64,000 nt of DNA from the NCBI GenBank assembly GCA_002269645.1, contig NIVC01002559.1, forward strand, positions 62,001 to 126,000. Reading direction: 5' to 3'. The stretch is from Macrostomum lignano. Lineage: Eukaryota. Below the pieces are notes generated by a model. That model saw only the letters and a program-made list of their open reading frames with translations, had not been told where the DNA came from and did not search any database. The translations under genes and the position numbers were made by a program. Positions 63,293 to 64,000 of the stretch are shown in pieces; within the stretch, counting starts at the first letter, position 1; every line of letters begins with the position of its first letter.

Positions 63293-64000
63293 GTCCGAAA
63301 ACTGGGGTTACAACGAGCTTACTGAGATTTCTATCTGATCAATTATTTTCAAGTCAATTGATTTTATTGCCGATTTTTCCCACAAAGCCTGGTGAGATAA
63401 TTGCCTATGCTCTGCGCTCCTGCTTACTCGCTGCATCATGTGTTTCAAGCTTGCCTCACTTTCTCATTGCGGCATTCAAGTATTTTTTTAAAATCCCAGA
63501 CTCAATCAAAATAATTGAGTCTGTTTCGCGTCAGTTTTGCATCGACCCCGACGCCAACTGCATTGGCTTTTGTAAATTTCTAGATAAGAATGAAACTCTC
63601 TGCGCAACCATGAGCCTCGTCAATTGATTTTAGTTTTTAAAAAGGCTTCATTTAATCCGGAAGAAAGGAGCGAGAGTGATCAGAAAGAAGGGAAGAGGAG
63701 GGTAGAGGAGAAAGTGATCAGGAGGGAAGGGAAGAGAGCGATCAGGAGAGAAGGGAAGAGAGTGATCAGGAAGGAATGGGAGAGATAGAATAGCTGCAGG
63801 GGGGCTCCAGGCCTCCAGATGCCACCCCCTGGCGACCGCGGACAGTTTGGTGCTGCGATGTCGATCAGGGAAATCCGGTGGTGCCGGTGCATTGTCGATA
63901 CAATCGGATACAATACAATAAGGTGGATAGTCGCTCGCCCGCGGTAGCCCTTAAGTAGCGGACGAGCTGGCAGAGATTCTCGAGTCAGAATACGGGTTTG

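Overview
Eukaryotic (metazoan) genomic DNA with spliced genes, GC-rich exons and introns packed with locus-specific minisatellites. This architecture suggests a free-living flatworm such as Macrostomum, which is inference only. Gene models were assembled by hand from GT-AG sites and phase checks. (1) Two tandem Cdc42-family GTPase genes on + (1448-5595 and 14655-15754). (2) A small secreted PAN/Apple + thrombospondin-like protein on - (9553-11553). (3) An FMRFamide/Srw-like class A GPCR on - (19358-22026). (4) A giant RNF213/mysterin-like AAA+ gene on - (17 exons, 25079-48521, at least 4696 codons, 5' end not resolved). (5) A melatonin-receptor-like GPCR on + (60070-61074). (6) A GPCR frame on - broken by one in-frame TGA (62027-63292). 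Mobile DNA includes four copies of a tRNA-derived SINE, three LTR-like elements, several MITE or foldback elements and about 18 tandem arrays. The most unusual observations are these. The RNF213-like protein keeps its ATPase motifs but appears to carry only a vestigial RING and to lack the RZ finger, with a new CxxC..CxxC ribbon next to the missing site. One of its exons is a translated 27-bp minisatellite. An LTR-like insertion ends in a tandem series of tRNA-Leu primer-binding-site copies. The two Cdc42 paralogs appear to have split core versus membrane-anchor divergence.
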